From assembly GCA_002840675.1 (NCBI GenBank), contig PHBR01000005.1, positions 1 to 56,469 of the forward strand: a stretch of 56,469 nt of DNA, written 5' to 3'. Position numbers and translations under genes: made by a program. The notes beneath the pieces are model-generated. The model saw only the letters and a list, made by a program, of their open reading frames with translations, searched no databases and was not told where the DNA came from. Origin of the DNA: Chloroflexi bacterium HGW-Chloroflexi-9 (lineage in GTDB: Bacteria > Chloroflexota > Dehalococcoidia > UBA2979). How positions within the stretch are numbered: position 1 is the stretch's first letter; the number at the start of each line of letters is the position of its first letter. This document shows positions 9,342-18,790 of the stretch, in pieces.

Positions 9342-10946
9342 GTGGACATTCTGTCGTATAACCCCGGTCACGACGGTGCCGTCGCCCACCTTCGCGATGG
9401 TCGCCTCCTCTTCTCCGTTGAAGCGGAGAAGGACTCCAACTGGCGGTACAGCCCGATCGCCGGCCGTGACCTGCTCGACGCCTTTGGCCGGCTAGAGGAA
9501 GTGCCCGATGTCGTGTGCACTGGAGGCTGGTGGCCGCGCGAGGCGCGTCTGACCGGGTCGCCGTTCCATGTTGGGTATCGCGGCATCGCGAAGGACACAA
9601 TCACCGTGGACCGTGGAGCCTTTTTCGGAAAGTCGGTCCCTTTCTTCTCCTCCTCCCACGAAAGGTCGCACCTGCTTTGCGGATTCGGCATGTCGCCCTT
9701 TCCTCAAGGCTCTTCTTGCTATGCGCTGGTGTGGGAGGGGGCGATCGGCGCGTTCTACGAGATCGATCCAGATATGAACATCACACGGATCGGCGACGTG
9801 ATGAACGAACCGGGAAACCGGTATATGTCGATCTACGGATTGGCAGATCCAACTTTCCCGAAGAACGCACCGTTCTCCCGCTGGTCGGATGCGGGCAAGT
9901 TGATGGCACTCGCCTCTTTCGCTCGAAGGAGCACGCCCACCGCCGAGGAGGAGGAGTTGATGGCCTTCCTTCTATCCTCTCAACACGTTCGACTTGACCT
10001 CTACGACCGACTTGAGTCGTCCGTGTATTACAACGTGGGCACGGATGACACAGAATTTCGAAATTTTGCCGGCATCTTCAGCGACAGAATCTTCGAGACT
10101 TTCCACCGTTTTGCGAAGGCGAACTTGCGCAAAGGGTTGCCGTTGGTCATCGCGGGAGGTTGCGGCCTGAACTGCGACTGGAACACGAAGTGGAGGGAGA
10201 CCGGCATCTTTTCCGACGTCTTTGTGCCACCCGTTGCCAACGATTCCGGTTCAGCGATCGGGACGGCGATCGACGCTCAGCTCCATCTCACCGGCGATGC
10301 CAAGATCGAATGGGATGTCTATTCCGGACTACCGTTCAGGACGGATGCACCTGTCGTTCCCGGTCGCTACGACGTTCGAGACGCGAACTCCGAGGAGGTA
10401 GCTGACATGCTGAGTCAGGGCCTGATCCTCGGGTGGGTCAGCGGCCGGTATGAGATCGGTCCTCGAGCTCTCGGTAATAGGTCCATTCTCGCCGCGCCAT
10501 TCGATGACAGCACCAGGGTGCGCTTGAACGAGATCAAACAGCGCGAGCAGTTCCGACCCATCGCGCCTGTCTGTCTGGAGGCTGATGCAGCACGTTGGTT
10601 CGGCTGCGACCACGAGAGCCCGTTCATGATGTTCACCTACCAGGCCAACACGGACGCGCTGGCCGCGGTAACGCACGTGAACGGCACGGCCCGCCTTCAG
10701 ACGGTAAGCCAACACACGAACGCCCGACTCTACGACCTGCTCATCGCCTTCAAGGCGCGCACAGGATATGGAGTGCTGTGCAACACCTCCCTTAACTTCA
10801 GCGGGAAGGGGTTCATCAACAACCTGACGGACCTCGACACCTACACCGTGGAGCGTGAATTGGACGGATTCGTGGTTGAGGGGCGCGCGTATCTCCTCCG
10901 GAGTTCCGAACGCTACAGGGCGTATCGGAAGGACGGGGGTGAATGA
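9342..10946 (+). CDS. O-carbamoyltransferase, CmcH/NodU/TobZ family
   Basis: GHDGAVA, HERSH, AGKLMALA, AGGCGLNC, PVANDSGSAIG, EIGPRALGNRSILA, KQREQFRPIAP, HVNGTARLQTV, LCNTSLN; GAGGAGG RBS. Confidence 0.95.
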   Translation: MDILSYNPGHDGAVAHLRDGRLLFSVEAEKDSNWRYSPIAGRDLLDAFGRLEEVPDVVCTGGWWPREARLTGSPFHVGYRGIAKDTITVDRGAFFGKSVPFFSSSHERSHLLCGFGMSPFPQGSSCYALVWEGAIGAFYEIDPDMNITRIGDVMNEPGNRYMSIYGLADPTFPKNAPFSRWSDAGKLMALASFARRSTPTAEEEELMAFLLSSQHVRLDLYDRLESSVYYNVGTDDTEFRNFAGIFSDRIFETFHRFAKANLRKGLPLVIAGGCGLNCDWNTKWRETGIFSDVFVPPVANDSGSAIGTAIDAQLHLTGDAKIEWDVYSGLPFRTDAPVVPGRYDVRDANSEEVADMLSQGLILGWVSGRYEIGPRALGNRSILAAPFDDSTRVRLNEIKQREQFRPIAPVCLEADAARWFGCDHESPFMMFTYQANTDALAAVTHVNGTARLQTVSQHTNARLYDLLIAFKARTGYGVLCNTSLNFSGKGFINNLTDLDTYTVERELDGFVVEGRAYLLRSSERYRAYRKDGGE

Positions 10947-11875
10947 GCTCGATGAGAAACGATCCGGAGAAACCGCTGATCGCGCCGGCACCGGACGTCG
11001 CTCCTGTAACACAAGACGCTCGGCGAGAGATCTCGGCAACGGATGGGTACCCGCCAGGCTTCGAAGAGGACGACCGCCTGCGGTCCGACTTCATTCGGCA
11101 ACTAACGCTGCGGCAACTAGGACGCGATCGAGCATCGTCGACAGGGGAGCGCACAGATCAGACGGTGCTCATACCAAGAACGCTAGTGCGGTTTTGGAAC
11201 GACCCGTGCGATGTGCCGCAGGATGTCCGCGATTGCCTGAAGACTTGGGACGCGCTGCGCGATGAAGGATTCGCGTTCCGGATGTTCGGCGACGCATCGG
11301 CAGCCGCCTACATCGCTGAGCGGTATGGTCCCCGCGAGCTCGCCGCTTTTGCGCGATGCAGGCATCCCGCAATGCGCAGCGACTATCTACGCATGTGCTT
11401 CGTGTTCTCGGAGGGCGGCCTTTACGTCGACGCCGACGATGTGCTGCTGGGTGACGGCTGGAAGGACGTCTTCCGCGACGGCACGCTGAAGATCCAGCCG
11501 CTGTGTTACGACGTGACCGCCGGGGGCATGGTGTCGGCGTCTGAACTCCGGCGAACGGACTTGCCGACGGACGATCGCATCTTCTACGTCAACAATAACC
11601 CGATCGCCGCCCCAGCCGGTCATCCAGTCTTGCGGCGGGCGCTGGTCCGCGCGACCGACAGACTGCTCGGAGATGAGCCAGCCCCGGAGATTCAGTCGAC
11701 GACAGGCCCCGGAAACCTCACCGCCGCCTTAGCCGCGCACGCCCGCGAGTCGCAGGTTGGGGGCAACCCGCCGGACTTCGAGCTGCTTCTCGACTGGGAG
11801 GGGATCGCGGAGCCGTGCTGGGACCTCGCCTACCGCAACGACGCCCGCAACTGGCGCAACATGGACCTTCGCTGA
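10943..11875 (+). CDS. GT32-like DXD glycosyltransferase
   Basis: IPRTLVRFW, AMRSDYLR, GGLYVDADD, TTGPG; ATGA overlap with the carbamoyltransferase. Confidence 0.88.
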   Translation: MSSMRNDPEKPLIAPAPDVAPVTQDARREISATDGYPPGFEEDDRLRSDFIRQLTLRQLGRDRASSTGERTDQTVLIPRTLVRFWNDPCDVPQDVRDCLKTWDALRDEGFAFRMFGDASAAAYIAERYGPRELAAFARCRHPAMRSDYLRMCFVFSEGGLYVDADDVLLGDGWKDVFRDGTLKIQPLCYDVTAGGMVSASELRRTDLPTDDRIFYVNNNPIAAPAGHPVLRRALVRATDRLLGDEPAPEIQSTTGPGNLTAALAAHARESQVGGNPPDFELLLDWEGIAEPCWDLAYRNDARNWRNMDLR

Positions 11876-11900
11876 CGCGTAGGAACGGGGCCAGCCCTCG

Positions 11901-14015
11901 ATGAATCTCAACAAAGTGCTCAGTCCGATGCAAACACTCGCGTTCCGAACCTGGCGCTCACTGATCGTGTCTCTCCCAGGTGCCCGAATTCGGGCCTTCG
12001 GCGGAGACCCAGGCCAGATTGCAGCGGTCATAGTCATAAATCTAGACAGGCAGCCGAGGCGATGGCGGCGCGTGAAGAGAGAGCTACGCCGGTTCCGGAC
12101 GTACGAAGGCGTTCCGTTGACTTCGATCACGCGGCGGCTGGCAGCGGTCGATGCTCGGGACGGTCGGGCCGTCGCAGCGACCGTCGACGTGGACGCGATG
12201 TATCGAATCGGCGATCAGTTGTACGTGCAGCCAGACGCGCGGCTGGCGGAGTGCTTCCCCGAGGACGAGCCGGTGCGGATGACGCGGCAGGAAGTGGCGG
12301 TGGCCCGGTCACACGTGGAGGCCTGGAAAGCTATCGCGAACGGGATCGACGATTACGTTCTCGTGCTGGAAGACGACGTCTGGTTCACGCCCGGCGCCCC
12401 GGCCGCTATCGATCGCGGCTGGCGCGCAGCCCTCAGCCGGTGCGCACTCGAAGGCGGCCCGAAGCTGCTCTACTTTTCATACAGTGACGCTGGTGGATCC
12501 GCGGCGCGGGTCGATGTTTGCGACAGCCTATTTCGAGCTGTGCGCGGTCTGTGGCACCTCTCGGGATACGTGCTCTCGCGCGAGGGAGCAGCCGCGCTCC
12601 TTCGTGCAATGCCCGTCGTCGGGCCCGTCGACCTCTGGATGAACTACCGGTTTGCCGAACTCGGTGCGCTCGCGCTCACTTCGCCCGTGATCGCACAGAG
12701 GCGGGACGAAGCATCGGACAATGCTTATTCGGTCCTGCCATATCTGGCCAAAGCCGGCATCATCGATGCGGGGCACGGAGCTAAGCCCCCGAATCAGCTC
12801 CGCACCGGTCCAGTGCTGGCGTGGACCGGGGGCGCGAAGCGGGAAAGCCTCGCCATGGCGCTGTCGATGCTCGGGCTGCGCGTCCGTGCGTTCGACGGCG
12901 ACGAGGAGCCGATGCACGAGCGAGAACTGCACGAGGTATTGAAGACGTTCGACGCTCTCGTTAACGCTCCGCTCGTGCCCGCCGCGCTCTCCGCCGCGGC
13001 GGCGGACGGGCGCTCGGTGATCCTTTTGGAGGCCGACGCGCCGCCGCCAGCGGGTTTGGAGCCACACCGGCTGCCGCCGTTGCGGTCGGCCGTCCTGGCA
13101 CCCGGCGACTCCTGCGACGGATCGTGGGAAGTCCTCTGCGGCGCGTTGGGCCTTATCAAGCCAACTGAAGCCTTCCCGGCCGGAGCTCCGCGAGATCTTC
13201 GCGTATTCCGAGACGACCACCCGACCGGGCGGCTCGGATCTGCTGCGCGGGTACTGCGGGACGACCGCCAGATGGACGATTCGCCATGGATCCTGCCATC
13301 GTCGAAGGGCTGGCGGCCTGGACCTATCGCGGGCCGTTTGGTGTGCCCACCCGGCCTGCCCGTCGCCGAGGCCTCGATGACAGAGGCGTCGACATCATTC
13401 CCTGGCCTTGTTGGAACGTTTCCAGGCAACCTAGCGTCGTTTGCGCGGGAGAGTGTCCAGTACGGCGTCGAGGGCGCGCAACTAGTGCTCGATGCGGTCG
13501 AAGGCGGACGACGCCCCTACCGGTCGGGAGCCTTCGCGTCCGTGCGCTCATTCGGGCATGGGCGTTTTGAGGCCGAGATTCGGGCGGCGCCGGGCTCGGG
13601 GCTCATTACTGGTTTCTTTCTGCATCGGGACACGCCGCGGCAGGAGATCGACATCGAGTTCGCGGGGCATGATCCCCGGCGCATGTTGGCCAACGTCTTC
13701 TTCAATCCCGGCGACGATGGCACCGCGATGTCCTTCGGCTACCGCGGCTCGCCCTATTGGATCGATCTCGGCTTCGACGCCACCGCGGACTTCCATCTGT
13801 ACGCCATCGACTGGCAGCCGGACCGTGTGGCCTGGCTGGTAGACGGCGTGATTGTCCATGAGCGTGTCAGCTGGGATCCGACACCCATCCCTCACTTGGA
13901 CATGCGCCTCCATGCCAACCTTTGGGCACCCCGCTCCGAGGAACTCGCCAGACGGATAGACGAGAGCACACTGCCGGCGGCCGCTGCCTTCAGGAACGTA
14001 TCGGTCAGGGCCTGA
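11901..14015 (+). CDS. GT25 glycosyltransferase + degenerate sulfotransferase-like domain + GH16 hydrolase fusion
   Basis: GT25: VINLDRQPRRW, SHVEAWK, LVLEDD, GYVLSREGA, PVDLW. Middle: SLAMALSMLG...WEVLCGALG..P.EAFP. GH16: EIDIEF, DFHLYAIDW, WLVDG. Confidence 0.85.
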   Translation: MNLNKVLSPMQTLAFRTWRSLIVSLPGARIRAFGGDPGQIAAVIVINLDRQPRRWRRVKRELRRFRTYEGVPLTSITRRLAAVDARDGRAVAATVDVDAMYRIGDQLYVQPDARLAECFPEDEPVRMTRQEVAVARSHVEAWKAIANGIDDYVLVLEDDVWFTPGAPAAIDRGWRAALSRCALEGGPKLLYFSYSDAGGSAARVDVCDSLFRAVRGLWHLSGYVLSREGAAALLRAMPVVGPVDLWMNYRFAELGALALTSPVIAQRRDEASDNAYSVLPYLAKAGIIDAGHGAKPPNQLRTGPVLAWTGGAKRESLAMALSMLGLRVRAFDGDEEPMHERELHEVLKTFDALVNAPLVPAALSAAAADGRSVILLEADAPPPAGLEPHRLPPLRSAVLAPGDSCDGSWEVLCGALGLIKPTEAFPAGAPRDLRVFRDDHPTGRLGSAARVLRDDRQMDDSPWILPSSKGWRPGPIAGRLVCPPGLPVAEASMTEASTSFPGLVGTFPGNLASFARESVQYGVEGAQLVLDAVEGGRRPYRSGAFASVRSFGHGRFEAEIRAAPGSGLITGFFLHRDTPRQEIDIEFAGHDPRRMLANVFFNPGDDGTAMSFGYRGSPYWIDLGFDATADFHLYAIDWQPDRVAWLVDGVIVHERVSWDPTPIPHLDMRLHANLWAPRSEELARRIDESTLPAAAAFRNVSVRA

Positions 14016-14184
14016 GCGGTAGATCGCACAGGGGCCGGAGTAACAGAATCTGCCTGGTCTCGTGTGCGTGGCCCATCAGCGCCGCCGCCCACGCCAGTCC
14101 GCGAGATTGTCGAGATGACAGATGAAGAAGGAGTCGCTTCCTGGTCGGCGCGATGCGCGATGCGCGATCGGTAGGTCGGTTCAG

Positions 14185-14212
14185 TGGCACCCTCGGGAGG
14201 ATTCGAACTTCC
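14185..14212 (-). mobile_element. Degenerate tRNA 3' end (Arg-like), probable att remnant
   Basis: Minus strand GGAAGTTCGAATCCTCCCGAGGGTGCCA = T-arm, acceptor 3' strand, discriminator and CCA; the rest of the tRNA is absent. Confidence 0.65.
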
Positions 14213-14369
14213 GTCCCGCGGACCCGTGTCAGGAAGATCAACCGCTAGGCAGCGACGGAGGGATGCGACTCACAACTCCTGTCAACCTATAGGCGGAGCG
14301 CGACGGGACAAGCTACACGCCGAGTCGCTCGCAGACCCACTGCTACAGTTCGGGCGTGTGAAAACAAAG

Positions 14370-14381
14370 GAACGAGTGTTC
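14370..14381. promoter_or_regulatory. Possible LexA/SOS box (GAAC-N4-GTTC)
   Basis: GAACGAGTGTTC in an intergenic region; no clear target gene. Confidence 0.35.
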
Positions 14382-14473
14382 TCGCCGCGCACTGGAGCGC
14401 TCAGCGATCCACTTGATCGTCGAGGGCTGCATAACCGGGTTGGTTCACTTTCGTGTTCGAGCTTGAGGCGAAG

Positions 14474-16591
14474 CTATACGACCATCCGGATGGGCGCCGT
14501 GTCCGTGGAGACGGCCGTGGCCTTGATCTCGGGGCCTTGCCGACCCCACCCCTCTAGTTCGATCCATACAGTTCTTTGGTTGTCGCGGACTGGGCGTAGC
14601 TTCCTGGCTAGGAGTTGTGCGAATCGAGCATCGTGCGTCGATACGACTAACTGACGCTGGTCTCTCGCGCGCCGGAGTAGATCGATAAGCCCCAAGAGAT
14701 TCACGTCGTCGAGGCTCTGTAGCGGGTCGTCGAGGAGTGCTGCTTCGAGTCTGAGGGTGGGCATTCCCAAGTTAAACGCAAGGAAGATGGCAACTGCGAG
14801 CGCATTCACCTGGGAGCTTGAGAGGAACTTTTCTGGGGTTTGCGTAGAGAGAGGAGTAAGCGGGTCGTCGAGGACCGCAGAGAGCTGCCCGCGCCGGCGG
14901 AACATGCGGGTATCAAACCGAGCCCGTCTGAATATTGGGTGCGGATCCATTCTGCCGTAGATGCGGCCAAGCAATGGCTCGATGTCCTTCAGCGCCAAAT
15001 CGACCAGAGATTCGGTCGCATTCTGGAGGTCCTCGATGATCGTCCGGCTGAGATCGGCGGTTCGCCTCCGACCATTCAGCTGGTACAACTCTGCCGTCAA
15101 CTGTGTCTCTAACCTACGAATCGTCTCCTCGCGTTCTGTTCTCAGGCTGAACTCAGACACTCGGCTCAGCAAGAGCGCGAGTGATTCTCCCGATGCACGG
15201 AGGGCTGATAGGCCTTCAGTGACGCGTTCGAGGTTTGCGAGTTCGGTGGCGACAATCTCGGGAGTTGCAGACTCGGGCAGGTCGAGCGCCTGAAGCTGCC
15301 GCTTCAACGTCGCATCTCGCACTCGCGCTGTCCGTTCGGCTTCGGTGGCTGCAACCAATTGGGCAACGATCCGTCCCTGTTCGATCTCGAGGTTTCGAAG
15401 ATCGAGTGTGAGTGCAGGTAGCTGCTGCTCGTCTGTCGTCGTGGCAGGAGACACGCCCGAAGCAACTATGAGTTCGAGCCTTGCTCGCGTGTCAGCCACT
15501 ACATGGAGTTGATTGCATACGGGACAGATCTCGGTCAGATCCTGTAGCGCGAGGGCGGCGAGTGCCTTGAGTCGTTCCACCGACTCCGCTAGTTCCGTGA
15601 GCCTCCTCCTCTCTTCTGCAATGCGCTCACGCGAGCGGGCCAGTTCAGCTTGTACGGCGAGGATCCGGCCATTGACTTCTTCGGCGCTTACGCGAAGCCG
15701 CTCAGCATCAAGAGGCGCGACGTCTGCCGGTCTCGTTCGCAGGTCCGAAAGAATTGTTTGCATCTCGGCGGCCCGACGTACCATCGGGCGCATGCGCGCG
15801 TCTGCTTCGTTGACAATTGAATTGAGAGCCCTGGCTCGGTCTGCGCCTAGATCGGATATTGAAAGACCGAGCTGGGTTGCAGAATGGATCCAAGAATCCC
15901 ATTGAAGATCGACCTCAGCCGCTGCCGTTGTTTCAGGACTCAGCGCGCTCAGCTCCGCGCGCGCCGCATCCAGCAGTGAACGCGTGCGGGCACTGCCTTG
16001 TTCAGCATGAGTAGTAGCCGTGTTCCAACCGCGCTGCGACGATTCCAGCTGCCTCTGGAGCTCAACGACCTGGCCGACGCCGACCAACGTTTCAACTAGC
16101 TGGAAACGAGCCTCCGGGTCATCCTCGTCGACGAACGCTCGTACGACATCTTGCTGCAGGTACAGGCTGCGCGTGAAAACGTGGCGTAGCCGTGGAAGCG
16201 GCTCGGGCTCGGCGGAACCCTCTGGCCATAGCGCTTGGAGTAGGGCGGCTTCAGCCGACGGTCCTCGGAGCACTGCCGAACCGTCCATGGAGAGGGCGAT
16301 GCCCGATGAGTTGTTCTCGATGGAGCGAGTGACATTCAGCTCGCGTCCACCGTCCTCACGGAGACGGAGCGATACCGACGCGGTCGCTGTATCGGAGAAG
16401 AGCGACACGAGCTCACTGTCCGGGCCAATGCGCGGCACGGCTCCCGTTAGAGCCCACATGATTGCATCGAACAGCGACGTCTTCCCCTGGCCGTTTGGCG
16501 CCGAGACGATCACGACGTCGGCGTCGAGATCGATCGTTCGACGTTGCGGGAATCCGCGGAAGCCAGCGATATCGACGGACACGAGTCTCAT
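14474..16591 (-). CDS. lmuB: Rad50/SbcC-like ABC ATPase of Lamassu / ABC three-component system
   Basis: Walker A APNGQGKTS, YLQQ Q-loop, CPVC zinc hook in coiled coil, LSSSQ signature, LLDDPLQSLDD Walker B/D-loop, STHD; ATGA overlap with the middle component. Confidence 0.82.
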   Translation of the reverse strand: MRLVSVDIAGFRGFPQRRTIDLDADVVIVSAPNGQGKTSLFDAIMWALTGAVPRIGPDSELVSLFSDTATASVSLRLREDGGRELNVTRSIENNSSGIALSMDGSAVLRGPSAEAALLQALWPEGSAEPEPLPRLRHVFTRSLYLQQDVVRAFVDEDDPEARFQLVETLVGVGQVVELQRQLESSQRGWNTATTHAEQGSARTRSLLDAARAELSALSPETTAAAEVDLQWDSWIHSATQLGLSISDLGADRARALNSIVNEADARMRPMVRRAAEMQTILSDLRTRPADVAPLDAERLRVSAEEVNGRILAVQAELARSRERIAEERRRLTELAESVERLKALAALALQDLTEICPVCNQLHVVADTRARLELIVASGVSPATTTDEQQLPALTLDLRNLEIEQGRIVAQLVAATEAERTARVRDATLKRQLQALDLPESATPEIVATELANLERVTEGLSALRASGESLALLLSRVSEFSLRTEREETIRRLETQLTAELYQLNGRRRTADLSRTIIEDLQNATESLVDLALKDIEPLLGRIYGRMDPHPIFRRARFDTRMFRRRGQLSAVLDDPLTPLSTQTPEKFLSSSQVNALAVAIFLAFNLGMPTLRLEAALLDDPLQSLDDVNLLGLIDLLRRARDQRQLVVSTHDARFAQLLARKLRPVRDNQRTVWIELEGWGRQGPEIKATAVSTDTAPIRMVV

Positions 16592-17175
16592 GAGTTCGCG
16601 TCGTCTCTAAGCGCGTGAATGGCTTCGAGTAGAGGTTCGTCGTTCCGGAAGGCGTCAATCAGCGTGCGTACAACGTCTTCGTCGACACCAGCCGCGGCTA
16701 GAACGGGAGGTAGGAGCAACATGACGTCCGGGTGCTGGTTCGCTCCCGGTGTCATCTCAAGCGGAAGCAATGGTGACAAGAGTCGTTCGATGTCGCTGAT
16801 CGCCCGAATGTCCTCGCCAGATGCGACGAGTTTGCGTGCCCGCGTCGTGTCGTACCGGATCCTATCGCCTTGCTCGTATCGGTCCCTAGCTTCGTCAGTC
16901 GTAATCAGTACCAGGTAGCCGTCCCAAGTCTTCGGTTCGCCGCGACGCCAATAGTTGGAGATGATGTCGACAAAGCTGTCTTGCGCCCGTGGCCACTGGT
17001 CGATCAGGTCGCCCCATGTGTCGTAGATCACGAGACACACTACAGAGTATGGGTCTTCAAACAGGCGGCCAGGGTCGCCGTCGGAGACCGCGTTCACGCG
17101 AGTGAACCCGCCTTGCTCTAGAGCCTGTGAGGCGGCGGCAACCGCCGCTGCGGTCAACGGGATCGAGCTAGTCAT
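16588..17175 (-). CDS. lmuC: ABC-3C middle component (MC1-like)
   Basis: WDGYLVLI...IRYDTTRARKLV resembles the MC1 pattern; lies between effector and ATPase with overlapping stop/start codons. Confidence 0.7.
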   Translation of the reverse strand: MTSSIPLTAAAVAAASQALEQGGFTRVNAVSDGDPGRLFEDPYSVVCLVIYDTWGDLIDQWPRAQDSFVDIISNYWRRGEPKTWDGYLVLITTDEARDRYEQGDRIRYDTTRARKLVASGEDIRAISDIERLLSPLLPLEMTPGANQHPDVMLLLPPVLAAAGVDEDVVRTLIDAFRNDEPLLEAIHALRDDANS

Positions 17176-18553
17176 GCACGAACTCACGAATCCTCACCGG
17201 ATTCTGCCGGAGCGCCTGCAAGTCAACGAACTCGGGACCCAGTGCTGGCGCGAGGATGCTGTCGTGCTGCTCGTCCATCGCAATATCCATGGGCATTGCA
17301 GTGTCGGCAGCCACACCCGTCGCGCCCGAAACGATGGCCACGGTCGGGGCAGGCGAATGCTCTCGCCATCTATACGCATATCGAATGGCGTCATCTTCGA
17401 TGCCGTGCCAGGATCTCACGCCGCGACCCGTGAACAGAAGTATGGAGCCGGCGAAGCTCTCGCCACGCCAGAATTCAACAACGCCGTCGGAGGACACTCG
17501 CGCTATCGCTGTGGTCTCTTGCTCGATCCATCGGATCACTAAGAGGAACAGGCCAATCTGATCGAGATCGACAGTCCGATGTGGCTGGTAATCCGTGCGG
17601 GAAAGTATCCAGGTCGCCCGCAGGCGGCCAAGCCCTACGAGGCCGATGGAGACCCATCGCCGGGAGAGATCAGAAAGGCCGACGCTATCCCATGGGCCTT
17701 CCGGCGCGAGTTGCATGCATCGCGCCTCCAGAGCGGCTCGGTGCTCTTCAGCGACGCGTTCAGCGAGCTGACGCATCAGATCGCCCCAGCCGAGACGAAT
17801 GTAATTGGCTTCGGATATCTGGAGTTCGCCGAAGAATGCTGATGCGGCCGGCTCCTCAGGCCCGACTTGATAGATCTCGCCCGCGATAGCTACCGACCGA
17901 ACCTTCGAGAGGGTCGCGGCCAACAGCGTCGCGGCGGAGCCAAGACCAACGAAGAGGACGACCGAAGCTGCTAGGAAGCGAGCAGCGACGACCTGCTCCC
18001 ACGTTCCCTCCCATTCTGGCTCGAGTCGGGCTGGGCGGAGGATCCATTCAGCGGGCGGACGTTGCGCGCTTCGATGGAGGTAAACGAGATTCAGGAGCCC
18101 AAGGCTCGCACTGTCCCCGGGGCCCTCGATGATCGCAACGTCGTCTCGAGCGTCGAGTTCGACTAGGGCATGTGTGGCAGCGAGGTCATAGTTCAACGTT
18201 AGCAGGGAGCCGATGATCTGCTCGCGCATCAATGCTGCCGCGATCAGGTAGCCATCGTTTGGCTTCGCCATCTGAAACCGACGAACCGGCATCCGCTCGA
18301 CGAGCGCCTCCTGAGCGCCGGTCTTCTCGAAGACCTTGTCAGCCACTGACGCCAGGTCTCCCGGATCGCCGACATCGCCATCAACGAGAATATGGTCAAC
18401 GACGAGTCGCCGAAATGCGTCGGATGAGAGTGCCGCGGCAAGAGGCAGATCGGTCGGCGGTTCAAGTGAGCAGCCTGCACCAACTACCAGCACCACGTTT
18501 CCAGGTGCCGGATTGGCAACTGCATGAAGAAGGCTTGCGGGAATGTCTGGCAA
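17168..18553 (-). CDS. lmuA: SIR2-domain effector with C-terminal domain
   Basis: VVLVVGAGCS, LLTLNYD, LVYLH and VLFVGLG sirtuin motifs; TTG start at 18553 follows an AGGAG RBS. Confidence 0.78.
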   Translation of the reverse strand: MPDIPASLLHAVANPAPGNVVLVVGAGCSLEPPTDLPLAAALSSDAFRRLVVDHILVDGDVGDPGDLASVADKVFEKTGAQEALVERMPVRRFQMAKPNDGYLIAAALMREQIIGSLLTLNYDLAATHALVELDARDDVAIIEGPGDSASLGLLNLVYLHRSAQRPPAEWILRPARLEPEWEGTWEQVVAARFLAASVVLFVGLGSAATLLAATLSKVRSVAIAGEIYQVGPEEPAASAFFGELQISEANYIRLGWGDLMRQLAERVAEEHRAALEARCMQLAPEGPWDSVGLSDLSRRWVSIGLVGLGRLRATWILSRTDYQPHRTVDLDQIGLFLLVIRWIEQETTAIARVSSDGVVEFWRGESFAGSILLFTGRGVRSWHGIEDDAIRYAYRWREHSPAPTVAIVSGATGVAADTAMPMDIAMDEQHDSILAPALGPEFVDLQALRQNPVRIREFVHD

Positions 18554-18790
18554 TCGAGCTCCTGGGGCGGCGGCTAGGTATTGCGCGGTCAGCCTACGCG
18601 AATCTGATGACTTGGGGAGGCTGCGGATGCACCGGCAGGACGGATGGCGCGAGAGCCCCGGCTCTGGATACGTCACCTAGGCCGCCCATGTCCCATCGGT
18701 GGTAGGGATGAGGCCGGGTAGGGAAGCGCAATCTGATGCTGTTTAGGGACGGGACTGGTCGGTCTGCGTGCGGCTGGCAGCCCGCGCCGC

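Noticed and set aside
14474-16591. Housekeeping SbcC or Wadjet JetC
   Set aside because: No SbcD or JetABD neighbours; the partners are a Sir2 effector and a middle component.
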